A program made the position numbers and the translations under genes. Source: Prasinococcaceae sp. CCMP 1430 (lineage: Eukaryota > Plantae > Prasinodermophyta). From it: DNA of 64,000 nt. Under the pieces are notes generated by a model, which saw nothing but the letters and a program-made list of their open reading frames with translations, was not told the origin of the DNA and did no database searches. The stretch spans positions 114,217-178,216 of the forward strand of contig RQSC01001302.1 in the NCBI GenBank assembly GCA_013416795.1. The letters are read 5' to 3'. Positions 30,741 through 41,862 of the stretch are shown one piece after another (position 1 is the stretch's first letter; every line of letters starts with the position of its first letter).

Positions 30741-33700
30741 CTACTGGAACCACACGAGGGACGACGGCTTGGCGCCGGCACGGTCACCTGCGAGCACGCT
30801 CTGCGGGGATGTCGAGGCTCCCTTCGCGGAATCCGCGCCGGTTCCGTGCGCCAGCATATCCTCGACGTCTCCCCTTCGCACGCGCGCGCGCCGCTTGCGT
30901 TCGGCGCGCGCCAGCTTTCGCTGTCTTCGACGCTCAATGGCTGCCTCGATCGCGCGCTCGGCGGCCTCGAAGTCAGCGGGCACGGACAGCGAGCTGTCCG
31001 TGCTCTGCGCCAACTGGCTGGTCGATGCGCTGTGCGAGTAGTGCCCGAGCTGCGGAGCCGAGTGGACGTGTGGCGATGGCGCGAAGACGACCGGCGGCAC
31101 GAGCATGCCATGCATGCGTTGCCCGAAGTCTAGGCTCATCTGCTGGGTTGCTTGCCATGTGCCTGGAAGCGGCAGCTGCAAGGAGGCAGGTTGGGTCCAT
31201 GCAGCCGATGCCAGCGCAGCCTTGGGTGCCGACTCCTGCCTTGGCTGTGCCTGAGGTTCTGCTTGCTTGATTGCTTCCTCCTTCTGTCTTTGCCTCTTGC
31301 GCGCCGATGGACTGGTCTCCGCCTCGCCAGCCTCTTGCAAGGGCGTGCCCGTCGCCTCGACCTGCTCCCGCCGCTGCTCCGGCTTGCCAGCGCTCTTCTC
31401 ACTACCATTCGCCTTGCTCGAGCTCCTCCGCGGCCTACCGGTGCCCTCGATGCTCAGCCTTCTTGAGGCGGCTCTCGGGCTGGGTGTGCTGCTGGCGTGC
31501 CGCCGCAACGCGGGTGCACGGGCATGTGGCTTTGTCGAGTCCGCCGGAGCGCTGGTAGCGGCCGTCCCAGAGGCACCCTCGCGGCCGGCGGCTGGTGCCG
31601 ACATGCTGCGCCGCAGACGCGATGAGACCGGCCGACCGCGCCCAGGCATGCCCTCGCGTGGCGGGGTTGGCGAGCGCGAGCGGCAGCGGCGTTGAAACGC
31701 CTTCGCGCGCGGCGAGCGCCCTCGAGGAGAAACGTACAGCGGAGGCTTGCCGTGCGAAGGTGATGCAGGGATGGCAATGCGCAGCTGTTCTCGCAGACGA
31801 GGCGCACCCGCAGCATTCGGTGGCGCTTGCGACAAGGATGATTCCAGGGCAGCGACCTGGCCTCGCAACATGGCCAGCCTGCCTATGGCATCCGCCTCTT
31901 CCGCACCGAGTGCAGCCCGCGCGTCTCGCAGGCTGTCGCCTCGCCTGACAGCTGCAGAGGCGTTTTCAAATGCCGTACGTCGCTCTCTTGGCTGCTGGAT
32001 TTGTTGCTTGATCTGCAGGGAGGGAACCTCCAGCCTAGCGGCCTCAAGAGACTCAACTCGCTCGAGCAACTTAGCCACCGTAGCCGACTCCCCGCTGGCG
32101 ATGGCGTTGCCGGCCATGCTGAGCCTCGCGCGGAGCGCGTCGGCTTCCGCCCGTGCTTCTGCGGCTTCTGCCAGAGCCCGCTGCTTGCTCTCCGCTGCCG
32201 CCGCATGGGCGGCTGTCGTCTCCACTTTGGCCTCAAGGTTGCGCGCCTCGGCATCTGCCAGCGCGCTTCGCAGCGTGTCTGCCGTGCCTTTGTGAGTGTC
32301 GGCGTCTGCTTTCGCCAACACCAGAGCCTCGCGTAGCGAGCTAATCTCGGCCTGTGATGCGCGGGCCTTTTGACTTGCGTCGGCAATCTCTTGCTGCGTG
32401 CTGGCGAGCTCCGAGGAGAGGTGATCGGCCTGCTGCAGCAGCTCCGTCTCGCGACGGCTTGCCTCAGCTGCGCTGCGCCTCAGCGCTCTCTCATTCTCTT
32501 CTGCGGCGCGCACCGCATCTGTGAGCCGTTCCTTGACCGCAGCCTCCTCTCGAAGCTTAGCCGCAAGCGCGTGTAGTTTCTTGCTGGCTGCACTGCGCAC
32601 AGCCTCGACCATGCCCTTGTATCGCTCTGCAGTGCCCTGGAACTCCTTGACAGCGCCAGACATGCTCATGGCATCATCCTCTGCATCGTCGACGCGCTTT
32701 TGGAGCTCGAGCAAAACCGCAGGGTCCACCGGTGGCCATGCTGCTCCGTCAAGTCCGTCAGTGTCAGTCCCTTGCGTCGCAGTGTGCACCATTGCCTTGA
32801 GAGCCTGCGTGTCTTGCACAACGGTAGCCTCCGCTCGCATGTGCGTTGGCGTCACCGAGGCGGCCTGGGCAGCGGCAGTGGCGGCGGCCGCCGCCGCGCT
32901 GGTGGCCCTTGCGGCTGCGGCGCGCAATTCGCTGGTCTCGGCCTCGAGCTTTGACCTTGCCTCGCTGCCCTCCAGAAGGGCCTTCTCCGCGGCCTCGAGT
33001 CTCGCGGAAAGGAAGCTCGCCTCTTGCTTTGTTGTGTCGAGCTGGCTACGCAATTGAGCAGTCTCAGCCCTCGCGGCGGCTGCGTCGGCATTCGCTGACG
33101 TTTCGGACTCAGCTGCTTGTGCGCGGGTCGCCTCTGCGGCGCGCAGCCGCTCGCGCACCGCCATGAGAGCGGATCTCATCGCGTCGGCGTCCTCCTGCGC
33201 CGCCAGGAGCTCAGCCCGCACCACGCGTGCCTCCGACTTGGCCGCGCCGAGATCAAACTTCATTGCGGTGACCTCCTTCTGAGCTGGGCTTGTGGCCAAC
33301 GCGCGCATCGCAGGCGAACCTTCGACTGGCACGAGCGCTTGCTCATGCTCGGACGCAGTACGTGCCGCGGAGATCTCTTGCAGTTGCTCGGACAATTCAG
33401 CGGACTCCTCTTCGGCTGCACGCACGCGCTCCGAAAGGAGCTCCGCACACTCCGAGAAGGCCTGTTCCGAGGCCTCGAGCGAATCGCGCAGCGCTTGGCG
33501 CTCCGCCGATGCGCCGCGTAGCTCTTGCCGCAGACGATCCGCCGTCGCGCCCTCGGCCTCAGCCAGCTTCTGCTGCGAAATGGCATGGTCCCGCTGCTTG
33601 GTCATCTCGGCTTGGTGCTCGCTCTTCATAGTCTGCAACTGCTGGGCCATCTCGCCCATCACGCGCTCGCGCGCTTCCAGCTCTCCCTGGGCTTCCGAGA

Positions 33701-34649
33701 GCTGCCTGCGAAGGGATGCCGGTGACGGCCCACCGCCGGGGGCAACCGGCGAGTTGTTGGTGCTGCCGGCATCCTCGCTCGAGCTCCGGTGCTGACACCT
33801 ACTCTGTGAGCGAGCGCTCCGCGGGCGGGCGCGGGGCCGTGGCGCCGCTTCCTTGGCTTGCTGCTGTTGCTGCGTCATCTGCGACCTGCCACTCCTCGGC
33901 GTGTAATCTGAGCTTCGAGGCGTCATCGCGCGTGGAGTGGTGCTCGCACTGGCGTGCGGCGAGGGTTCGCTCGAGTGCACCGATGCGAGCGAGGAGGCCT
34001 CAGAGCGGTCTGTCTGCGGCCGGGGCGACACGGACCCGTGCGCACTTGAGTTCGTGAGACGAGCCAACTGCAGCTTGGTCACTTGCGATGCCATCCTTTC
34101 GTCTGCGTCCTCGTGGCGGCGAAGCGCCGCCGCAGCCGCGGCCTTCACCGGCGATGCACGCCGCGACTCCCTTGAGTGCCCGCCCGCCGTCAGCCTCGCA
34201 TCGGCGCTGGCTACAGCCGCTGCTGCGAGTGACCGCTGCCGTCGCGCATCCTCGAGCGCCGGGGCCTGACCAGCGTCTTTGCCCTCGAGGGACGGCTGGC
34301 GCGCTTGCGCTGCGGGGCCGTGTGCGAGCGAGCCGAGGACGGCTGGCTTGAGCGGCCGGACCGCGTTGGTGCCAGGGCTGGCCGCCGTGAGCGCGTTCGC
34401 ATCAATCGATCCGAGTGGCGCGCGTCGTCTGCCGAGCATCCCCTTGATGCGCCCGGAGCCGGTCGAGTCGCCACGCGCCGAGTGAGGCGTGCTCAATCCC
34501 GACCGCGGCATGACGCCTGCGCTGCGCGTGCCCCCATCGCCGACGGCGCCGAGATCGAGCGGTGGCAGGCCCGCTGCGGCGGCCGTCGCGTCACCAGTGG
34601 ACAGGCGTGGGCTCTGCGAACGGCTGCGCGCCGCCCTCGCGACGCGCAT
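30741..34649 (-). CDS. Large coiled-coil protein with Ser/Pro/Arg-rich disordered termini, function unknown
   Basis: Uninterrupted ORF of about 1300 aa with long Ala/Glu/Leu/Arg heptad stretches. No motor or enzymatic motif is seen. Confidence 0.75.
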   Translation of the reverse strand: MRVARAARSRSQSPRLSTGDATAAAAGLPPLDLGAVGDGGTRSAGVMPRSGLSTPHSARGDSTGSGRIKGMLGRRRAPLGSIDANALTAASPGTNAVRPLKPAVLGSLAHGPAAQARQPSLEGKDAGQAPALEDARRQRSLAAAAVASADARLTAGGHSRESRRASPVKAAAAAALRRHEDADERMASQVTKLQLARLTNSSAHGSVSPRPQTDRSEASSLASVHSSEPSPHASASTTPRAMTPRSSDYTPRSGRSQMTQQQQQAKEAAPRPRARPRSARSQSRCQHRSSSEDAGSTNNSPVAPGGGPSPASLRRQLSEAQGELEARERVMGEMAQQLQTMKSEHQAEMTKQRDHAISQQKLAEAEGATADRLRQELRGASAERQALRDSLEASEQAFSECAELLSERVRAAEEESAELSEQLQEISAARTASEHEQALVPVEGSPAMRALATSPAQKEVTAMKFDLGAAKSEARVVRAELLAAQEDADAMRSALMAVRERLRAAEATRAQAAESETSANADAAAARAETAQLRSQLDTTKQEASFLSARLEAAEKALLEGSEARSKLEAETSELRAAAARATSAAAAAATAAAQAASVTPTHMRAEATVVQDTQALKAMVHTATQGTDTDGLDGAAWPPVDPAVLLELQKRVDDAEDDAMSMSGAVKEFQGTAERYKGMVEAVRSAASKKLHALAAKLREEAAVKERLTDAVRAAEENERALRRSAAEASRRETELLQQADHLSSELASTQQEIADASQKARASQAEISSLREALVLAKADADTHKGTADTLRSALADAEARNLEAKVETTAAHAAAAESKQRALAEAAEARAEADALRARLSMAGNAIASGESATVAKLLERVESLEAARLEVPSLQIKQQIQQPRERRTAFENASAAVRRGDSLRDARAALGAEEADAIGRLAMLRGQVAALESSLSQAPPNAAGAPRLREQLRIAIPASPSHGKPPLYVSPRGRSPRAKAFQRRCRSRSPTPPREGMPGRGRPVSSRLRRSMSAPAAGREGASGTAATSAPADSTKPHARAPALRRHASSTPSPRAASRRLSIEGTGRPRRSSSKANGSEKSAGKPEQRREQVEATGTPLQEAGEAETSPSARKRQRQKEEAIKQAEPQAQPRQESAPKAALASAAWTQPASLQLPLPGTWQATQQMSLDFGQRMHGMLVPPVVFAPSPHVHSAPQLGHYSHSASTSQLAQSTDSSLSVPADFEAAERAIEAAIERRRQRKLARAERKRRARVRRGDVEDMLAHGTGADSAKGASTSPQSVLAGDRAGAKPSSLVWFQ

Positions 34650-36260
34650 CGCCGCGGGCGCTCCCGGCCCTCCCCGCCCCAACGCCACAGACCCGACACC
34701 CCCCTCCCCGCTTCGCCAGCTCCCCCGCAGCGAGCGCCTCTGGCCCCGCGCGCGACGCGAGCGTCGCCGCCGAGGCGACGAAGCGGCGGCGCTTTTCATC
34801 ACTCATTTCGGACCCGCGGAACCGCGCCCGGCGCGCCGCGAAATTGTGCCTTTGCCGGCGCGGGAAGGGTGCGTCGCGGGCTAGGACCCCCGGGGCGCGC
34901 GCGCGCCCAAATGCCGCGACGCAAAGACGCGGCTTTCCGGCGCGGCGCGCGCGCTTCCGCGGTTTCGCGCACGCGCGCCGCGCGCGCCCCCGGGCCAGGG
35001 GGCTTCGGGTGGGGGGCGGTACCACCCGCACACGCAGGAAAAAAAAAAAAAGGAGGAGGGCATGGCGAATGGCGTTCAATAGTGCGGAGCGCGAGAGAGA
35101 TCGCGCGCTCGCTCTCGCGGGGCGAAGACGGGTCCGCGGCTGGGTTCGCTCGCGCTTCCCCGGGGCGGGGCCGCCCCGCGTTCTGTCTTATCTGTCTATC
35201 TGTGGCGCCTGTTTTTTTTTCCTCTCGTTTTTGCGCGGGGCGGGGCGCGTCGCGCCGCGCGCGGGAAAGAGCGAGTTTGCGTGCGCGCGTGCACGCACGC
35301 TTCTTGATCTTAGCGCGACGCGCGTCAAGCTTCCACAGTGACACACGCACGCACACACCCGCCCTCTCGTGCGCGCGCGCTCTCCGCCCGCGGGCGTTTC
35401 GAAATCCGCCGCCTCGGCAATCAACACAAACCAACCACGCACACACGGCCGCACGTACAGTCCCTCCAGGGGGGGCGACCGTTGCGCAAACGCCGCTCCA
35501 GCTACTGTACGTACTACTGTATGGCGTGAAATAACCCCCAAGTCATTTCAGGTCATCTGGGAGGTCGGCTGGATGTCGGCTGGATCTTGGTTGACCTGGG
35601 CGGCGATCCGACTGACAGCCTGGATCGAGCCGGCTAACTCGGTGCGGGCACGGGTGGTCTCGACTACCCATCCCATTCGATGATGTTACAGTGTACGTGT
35701 ACCAAGGTACATCACATCAACATGAATTTGGCTTCCTCCTATAAGAGAACCCTGATTCTAAAAACCTGAAAAGCGTCGTCTTTGAGAAGCGAAAGGCGGA
35801 AACGGAACATGACCGCCCGCGGGAAAAGCGGCGTCGGGCACAACCCCCAACCTCGGGGGCGAGGCCGCCTCGGGCGGCGAGCGGGCGGAGCACGCGCCCG
35901 ATGCGGCGCGGCCTGGCGGGGGATGGCGCGGGCCGAAGCGGCGCCGTCGCGGGCGGAGCATGCTGCCTCTCCTCCTCCGGGCAACCGCGCTGCGCGCGTT
36001 GCCCGGCCAGCGGTGCGGACGCGCTCTGTGCGGCGGGCCAGTGCGCGCGTGGGCCGACCGGTTGGAGGCCAGGCCGGGAGCCAGTGGCGCGTTCCGCCGC
36101 GCCGCGCGGTGCCTGAGGGCGCCGCGGCAACGAGGGAGCCGGAAGCGGCGGGCCGCCCACGCGGCGGGCGCACAGCACGCAGCGGCGCGAGGCCGCCCCG
36201 CAGTATAGGGAGAGAAGCGCTCGTTGTCGCCCCGCCCGACCACGGAACCGGTGCCCTTCC

Positions 36261-37745
36261 TTGCCGTCCTGGATGGGTAACGATGGCGTGTTCGATACGG
36301 GGCCGGACATGTCGTCCACGCAATACGTGATCCTAGCGGAGAACCAGCGCAAGAAGAAGGCGCTGTCGGAAACCAAGGCGCGGTATGTGGCACTGCTGAG
36401 CGAGAATCGCTCGCTGCTCGAGGAGAAGGAGGCAATGGAGCGCGAGACCTACGAGGTGACCGAGTACCTGCGCAAGGAGATCGTGTCAAAAAGTGAAGCC
36501 GTCGCGCGCCTCTGCGGCGAGCTCGAGGAGGCGCGGCACGACGCCGAACGCACTCTCGCGACCGCACGAGAGGAGGAAAAGGCGCGGCTCGCCGAGCGCG
36601 ACAGCCACTGGAAGGCGCAGCTCGATGACGCCAAGGCGAACGTGGAACGCCATGCGCGAGTGCTCGAAGGCCTGAGTGAGTTTCGCAAACGCCAGGCAGA
36701 GGTCGAGGGGGAGCTCACGACGCTGCGCGAGGAGAACCAGGGGTTGCGCGCGCAGCAGGACGCTGCGCTCACACAGCTCGAGCGCAAATTCACCGAGCAG
36801 GCCACGCGGACCAAAAAGGAATACGAGGCGCGCCTTGCCGCACTAAAGAAGTCTTCTGAGGAGGATATCGACGAACGGCTCGATGCGTCAGTCAAGCGCA
36901 TCCTGCAGCAGAACAGACGCATGGCAGAGGAGCTGCGGCTGCACGTCACGGAGACGGATGAGCTGCAGCGCGCTAGGGACAGTCTGCTGGAAGAGAAGAA
37001 CAGGCTCGCGCGCGAGGTGGATATCAAAGGCGAGATGGAGGCGCAGTTCGCGAAGCGCGGGTCAAGGCAGGCAAAGGAGATCTCGGCCGCCAACGCCAAG
37101 ATCCGCGCCCTTGAGCGCTCGCTCGGACAGCTCACGCGCGAATTCGCGCGCGAACGCGAAGCGCTGGCGAGCAAGAGAAACGCCGAAGCTGCCAACACAC
37201 AAATTGAGCTCGATGATCTGCGCCGCCTGGTGTCGCTCAAGTCGCGTGAGCTCAAGAAAATTCGCCGCATCGCCAATGAGGTCGTGCGCCAACGCTCGGA
37301 CGTCGAGCGCTTCCTGGTGGACTCGCTCGATGTGGTCCGCCGCGAAATCACAGCTGAGAGGATGGGCGGAGTTATACCCAGCACAGCCGGGGCGCTGGGC
37401 ACGCTCCCGGCCATACGCAGCAGCACCGCGGGGGGAGGAACGGAACGGCGGGACAGGTCTGCCAGCCCGCATTCTCACACAGCCGCGCTGGCCACCAGCC
37501 ACGTGGACATCGCCGAGCTCAGCTGGGAGGACCGCGAAAAAGTACTGCGGCTGCTCTTCTCGAAGGCGAACAAGGCCAGCTCGCACGAGCCGTACTCCGC
37601 GAGCCTGCCGCCGCACTCGTTCCCCGTCTTGCCAATGGGCGCCTCTCCTGGAACGGCCAATATTGTACCCACCTCTGTGGCGACTGCCAATAAGTATACG
37701 CCGCTCGGATCGGCCTCCAGCGGCATGCATCCAGACCTGGCGTAG
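36261..37745 (+). CDS. BBOF1: Basal body-orientation factor 1 (CCDC176/DUF4515) family coiled-coil protein; start uncertain
   Basis: Coiled coil with ELRLH and RSDVERFLVDSL, plus the C-terminal signature VDIAELSWEDREKVLRLLFSK (family VDISDLTWEQKE.VLRLLFAKMN). Confidence 0.8.
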   Translation: MPSWMGNDGVFDTGPDMSSTQYVILAENQRKKKALSETKARYVALLSENRSLLEEKEAMERETYEVTEYLRKEIVSKSEAVARLCGELEEARHDAERTLATAREEEKARLAERDSHWKAQLDDAKANVERHARVLEGLSEFRKRQAEVEGELTTLREENQGLRAQQDAALTQLERKFTEQATRTKKEYEARLAALKKSSEEDIDERLDASVKRILQQNRRMAEELRLHVTETDELQRARDSLLEEKNRLAREVDIKGEMEAQFAKRGSRQAKEISAANAKIRALERSLGQLTREFAREREALASKRNAEAANTQIELDDLRRLVSLKSRELKKIRRIANEVVRQRSDVERFLVDSLDVVRREITAERMGGVIPSTAGALGTLPAIRSSTAGGGTERRDRSASPHSHTAALATSHVDIAELSWEDREKVLRLLFSKANKASSHEPYSASLPPHSFPVLPMGASPGTANIVPTSVATANKYTPLGSASSGMHPDLA

Positions 37746-37883
37746 GATCCACCGACGGACGCTCTGCTCCCGATCAGCTCGCGAGGGCGTGCGACGACGC
37801 AACATAATACAACAATGTACATTCAACAGCATGCAATAAGTATGAACATCAACGGGCCCTCTAAAGCACGCGATGAGCACCCC

Positions 37884-39446
37884 TCAAGCGCTCGTGCGCG
37901 CGCGGCGCCGGAGCTCCTGCTCGCTCTCGCGTGGGTTGACACGGGCACCTTCTCCTCGCCAGCCAACCGTCACAATGTCCACAGCGCCTCTGCCCTCGAT
38001 GCCATGGCACATTTCCGCGTATGCCTCCGCTGCACTCCCTCGCTGCCTTGAGCTCTTGAGCCACGCAACCAAGTTTTGCCGCACTCCGGCCTTGAGCGGG
38101 TGTACGCCGTGCCACAGCTGGCCGACATGCATGATGCCCGTACCGATCGTGTGCGTGACGTTGACGCGCGCATCACTCGCTACCGCGCCAGGCTCGCCTG
38201 AGTCAGGCTCATCCCGCACTGAGTCGAGGTAAAGCTCGGCTCCCTCGAAGCCCGCTTCACCAAGGCAGACATTGAGGGTCACGTCTGACGCATCCATGTG
38301 CCTGTCCAGAAGACGGTCCTCACCAACCGCGTAGCGCACGGTGAAGGCGTGCGTGTGGTCGAGCGAAGCGCCGCCCCAGTCCGGAAATGCCACGAGTGCC
38401 ATCGGGGAGAACACCTCTGCGAGCAGGCGCTGCATGACTTCGGCGAGGCCAATCTCCTGCAACAGGAGACCGTAGTTATTCATGCTGTTCGGCCGGCGGA
38501 GGCGCATGCCGGACGCAAGCGCAGCGTCAACCTCCTCAGTGATCGCGCTCGACGCCTCCGGCAGCAGCACGTCGAATGCGTACGCTGGCGCAGGCCCGTC
38601 CCGCAGTGTACGTAGCAGAGCGCGGAGAGCATGACCATCACGCGCGCGCGCAGCAGCCAGCAGTGATGGTTGCACGAGGCGTTCCAGCGGTGCGTCGGCA
38701 AGCCACGCGTTGCGCAGCCTGTACGCAGCCCCATCATCCGAGGCGTCCCTCGCGTCGGCCTCCTCTAGCGCTTCTCGCCTGGCTGCTATTGCCGCCTTGT
38801 TCTGGATGGCGGCGCGGAGCGCACGTTCCGACGCGCGTGTGGGGGCGCCCGTCGTGTAGGCAAAGTGTGCCATCGGCGCGCCGAGCGGCACGCCGCTCTC
38901 ATCACAGAGCAGGGCGGTGAAGTACTGGTAGAGCCCGCGGCCCGCCCGGACGGCAGGTACTGTGACGACGTCTCCAGCGGCGTCATTAGAATCAGCTGCG
39001 CCCCGCAACGCGTCGCCAGCGCGGCGGTGTGCATGAGGGGCATCGCTGACGCACGCAACGGTCTGTTCAGCGGCCGTAAACGGCGTCGGCGGCACGTCGT
39101 ACTGCCACACGTCGCCGCGGTCCTCCCCCACGCGCTGCGACACGCGAACGCAGCAGGGCCCGCGCCTCTCATCGCCCCTCCCACTCGCGCTGCTCGAATT
39201 GGGGAAGGCAACGATCCCTAGCGCGGCGGCGCACACAGCACGATCGAGCGCCAGGCGCAGCGCGAGTGCAGTCTCATCCTGTGCCGAGCAGTGCGCCGTG
39301 CTACCCACGAGCTGCACACCGGACGCGCCTCCGCCACCGCCGCCATGCGCCCGCAAAGCCGCTGCCGCGCTCGCTGGCGCCACAGCGACCGCCACCGCCG
39401 CCGCGGCCGCCTTCGCGAGCGCTCGTGCCCGCGCGCCGCGCCCCAT
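37884..39446 (-). CDS. 2-oxoglutarate/Fe(II) dioxygenase, OGFOD2/CP2 (PLOD C-terminal-like) family
   Basis: RRPNSMNNYG, HAFTVRY..GED..LDRHMDASDVTLNVCLG (HxD), H.GQLWHG (distal His), G.RQNLVAW. Confidence 0.88.
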   Translation of the reverse strand: MGRGARARALAKAAAAAVAVAVAPASAAAALRAHGGGGGGASGVQLVGSTAHCSAQDETALALRLALDRAVCAAALGIVAFPNSSSASGRGDERRGPCCVRVSQRVGEDRGDVWQYDVPPTPFTAAEQTVACVSDAPHAHRRAGDALRGAADSNDAAGDVVTVPAVRAGRGLYQYFTALLCDESGVPLGAPMAHFAYTTGAPTRASERALRAAIQNKAAIAARREALEEADARDASDDGAAYRLRNAWLADAPLERLVQPSLLAAARARDGHALRALLRTLRDGPAPAYAFDVLLPEASSAITEEVDAALASGMRLRRPNSMNNYGLLLQEIGLAEVMQRLLAEVFSPMALVAFPDWGGASLDHTHAFTVRYAVGEDRLLDRHMDASDVTLNVCLGEAGFEGAELYLDSVRDEPDSGEPGAVASDARVNVTHTIGTGIMHVGQLWHGVHPLKAGVRQNLVAWLKSSRQRGSAAEAYAEMCHGIEGRGAVDIVTVGWRGEGARVNPRESEQELRRRARTSA

Positions 39447-39661
39447 TCGTGCCGCGCGCGCGCCGTTAGGCGGGCGCGCCGGCGCGCCGGTGCATTCGGC
39501 GTGAGGACGTGCTGCGCCGTCCGCGCTCAGTGTGGCGGCTGCAGCTGTCACATGATAGAACGAGCGCTTCCGCCAGCCAGCGAAGCGTCTTCGTTGCCTC
39601 GGGGCCGCAGCAGAGAGCGCACGGCGGGCGCTCCCTCCATCCAACACCGTCGACCCTCCTA

Positions 39662-41404
39662 ATGGCGACGGCGATGGCGTCACAGGCGGAGGCGGATGCG
39701 CTGGCGGCCACACGCGCGGCCGCGGACGAGCTGCTGGCGTCGGCAGGCTGCGCGGCGCCGAAGGTAGTCGCCGCGGAGCTTCGCAGATCACTGCGCACGG
39801 TCGCGGACGCGCAGTGCGCCGGCGGCGGCGGCGGCGGCCGAGTGGCAGCGTTCGCGTGGCGAGAAGGCAGTGCGTGGGATGCTTCGGCGCGCGCGGAAGC
39901 ACTTGAGGCATGGCTCCCCAGCGCGGGGATCGATTGCGGCGGGATCGTCCATCCTCGCGGGCCGGATGGCCTGAAGTCTGGCGGCGGCTGCGGGGTCTTC
40001 CTTGATGAGGGGGCGCCCGAGCTGCCCCCAAACACGGTGGTGTGCGAGGTGCCGCGCCAGGCGATGATTAACTCCGGCGCGCGAGGGCGTGGGCCTATGC
40101 TGCGCGCAATTGCCGCTGCACTGCCCATCGTGGACGCCGTGCCCAGCCTCGGCCTCACCCTTCGTCTCCTGCAGGAGTGCCATCGCGCTCGAGCCTCACC
40201 GTGGCGCGCATATATCCACGCGCTGCCGCCGCCGCAGACGCTGGCGGCAGGCGATCCCCACGTGGCCGCGCGTGGGGGTGCCTTCGGCGTGCCGCTCATG
40301 TTCTCGGATGACGCGCTCGAGGTGATCGAAGGATCGGCCGCAGGTGTCGCTGTGCGCCGTCACTGGGCGGACTTCGCCCGTCAGTACTGCATGTGCGCCG
40401 AGGCCGCCGACGACGAGAACGTCGTGAAGGGCGTGCCCGTGGGGAAGCGCTGGCCACTCCTATGGGATGAGTTCCTGTGGGCCGCGGCGATCGTCATGAC
40501 GCGTCAAAACCCGCTGCCAGACGACTCCGCTGCCGCCAGCGCATCCGCCAGTGTTGAAGCGGCGGCGGGGCCCGGCGAGTTGGCGCTAATGCCGCTTCTG
40601 GACTACCACAACCACGCGCCAGCGGAGGCTGGCGGAGGCTCAGTGGCGTACGACCCTGAGCGACGCGCGGCCAACGTGGCGTTGGGCAGCCGCGGCGGGA
40701 AGCCGGGCGAGGAGGTAGCTATATGTTACGGCCAGCGCCCAAGCGACCATCTCTTCCTGTATGGGGGCTTTATGGCTGATGTCAAGGCCGAGCACGACAG
40801 AGTCAGGCTGCATGTGGCCTTTCCGTTCAAGTACGACGACGACAAGGTGCGCGCGCGCTTTCATGCACCGATGCGCGTGAGTTTCCCCTCGCTGCGCGCT
40901 CCTGCGCTGACAAAACTTGGGAATCGCGTGCGCGCGCTGGCTCGGTCGCGCTGTGCGCGCCTGCGCGTGCGGCCCCTCGAGCAGAAGCGGCCGTTCGAGG
41001 GGCTGTGCCAGGCTCTTCAAGTTCCCACAGAAGGGGCGCTCGAGATCGGCGGCACAGGGCGCCCGCGCGCCGAGCTCTCGCGCTGGCTGACGGCGGCCGT
41101 AGCTGCTGTTGGGCCAGCCGAGGCAGCAGTGGAAAAGCTTCGTGCAATCGTCGCGGCAAGGGCCAGCGGCAGCGAGGCCTTGGCGGAGCTCTGCGCTGTG
41201 TGGTCCAAGAGCGCCGAGGCGGCCATGCTGGCAACGCTCTGCAGGGGCGCGCTGGGAAGCCTCTCAGCGGCTACGGCCGCCCGCGACAGCGACGGCGCTG
41301 GTGCCGCCTGGGACGTGCGGCTGGCGCGCCAGATGGTGCGCCGCGAGCGCGCGCTGCTGGAGCGCGCCGTGGCGTGGGCCGAGGAGGGCCTCGAGGCCAT
41401 CTGA
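39662..41404 (+). CDS. SET-domain protein-lysine/histidine methyltransferase (SETD3/Rubisco LSMT-like); probable intron at ~40847-40985
   Basis: GCGVF, VCEVPRQAMI, SPWRAYIHALP, LMPLLDYHNH, GEEVAICYG..PSDHLFLYGGF. Confidence 0.85.
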   Translation: MATAMASQAEADALAATRAAADELLASAGCAAPKVVAAELRRSLRTVADAQCAGGGGGGRVAAFAWREGSAWDASARAEALEAWLPSAGIDCGGIVHPRGPDGLKSGGGCGVFLDEGAPELPPNTVVCEVPRQAMINSGARGRGPMLRAIAAALPIVDAVPSLGLTLRLLQECHRARASPWRAYIHALPPPQTLAAGDPHVAARGGAFGVPLMFSDDALEVIEGSAAGVAVRRHWADFARQYCMCAEAADDENVVKGVPVGKRWPLLWDEFLWAAAIVMTRQNPLPDDSAAASASASVEAAAGPGELALMPLLDYHNHAPAEAGGGSVAYDPERRAANVALGSRGGKPGEEVAICYGQRPSDHLFLYGGFMADVKAEHDRVRLHVAFPFKYDDDKVRARFHAPMRVSFPSLRAPALTKLGNRVRALARSRCARLRVRPLEQKRPFEGLCQALQVPTEGALEIGGTGRPRAELSRWLTAAVAAVGPAEAAVEKLRAIVAARASGSEALAELCAVWSKSAEAAMLATLCRGALGSLSAATAARDSDGAGAAWDVRLARQMVRRERALLERAVAWAEEGLEAI

Positions 41405-41862
41405 GCCCCCACCGCCCGCACAGGCGCCTCATCATGAACATTCAGGGTGATGCACTGAATCAGTAGAATCACCGGCAACCGAGGATCTATAAATCTAAAA
41501 CATGTACATATATGACCACGGGCGACTTCATGAGGCTCGAGCGTCTGGAATTTTGCAGGTCAAAACGAATGTCTTGGCATGCTCGTTCCCCCGAGCGCGC
41601 GCACGCGCGCTGCCCGCTGCGGCCAACGGCCCAACAGTCGCGTCCGGGGCGCAGGTGCGCGCCTGCTCGCTGACCGGCCGCCAGAGCGCGGGCGCGCGTG
41701 GACCGACAAGCAGCGGCTGCCGCCGACGGCTGCAGGTGCGGCGGCGGCGGCTGCAGTGCGCCGGAGGTGGTAGATAGCGGTCCTGCCCGCGCTCCTGGAG
41801 CGCCGAGAGGGCGCGAACGCGGCGCGGGGCGGCACGGGCCGGGACACAGCGGGCGAGCGCGA

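Noticed and set aside
35440-35800. Lower-GC intergenic tract with a short internal duplication (GTCGGCTGGAT twice)
   Set aside because: No terminal inverted repeats, target-site duplication or second copy in the window; it cannot be supported as a mobile element.
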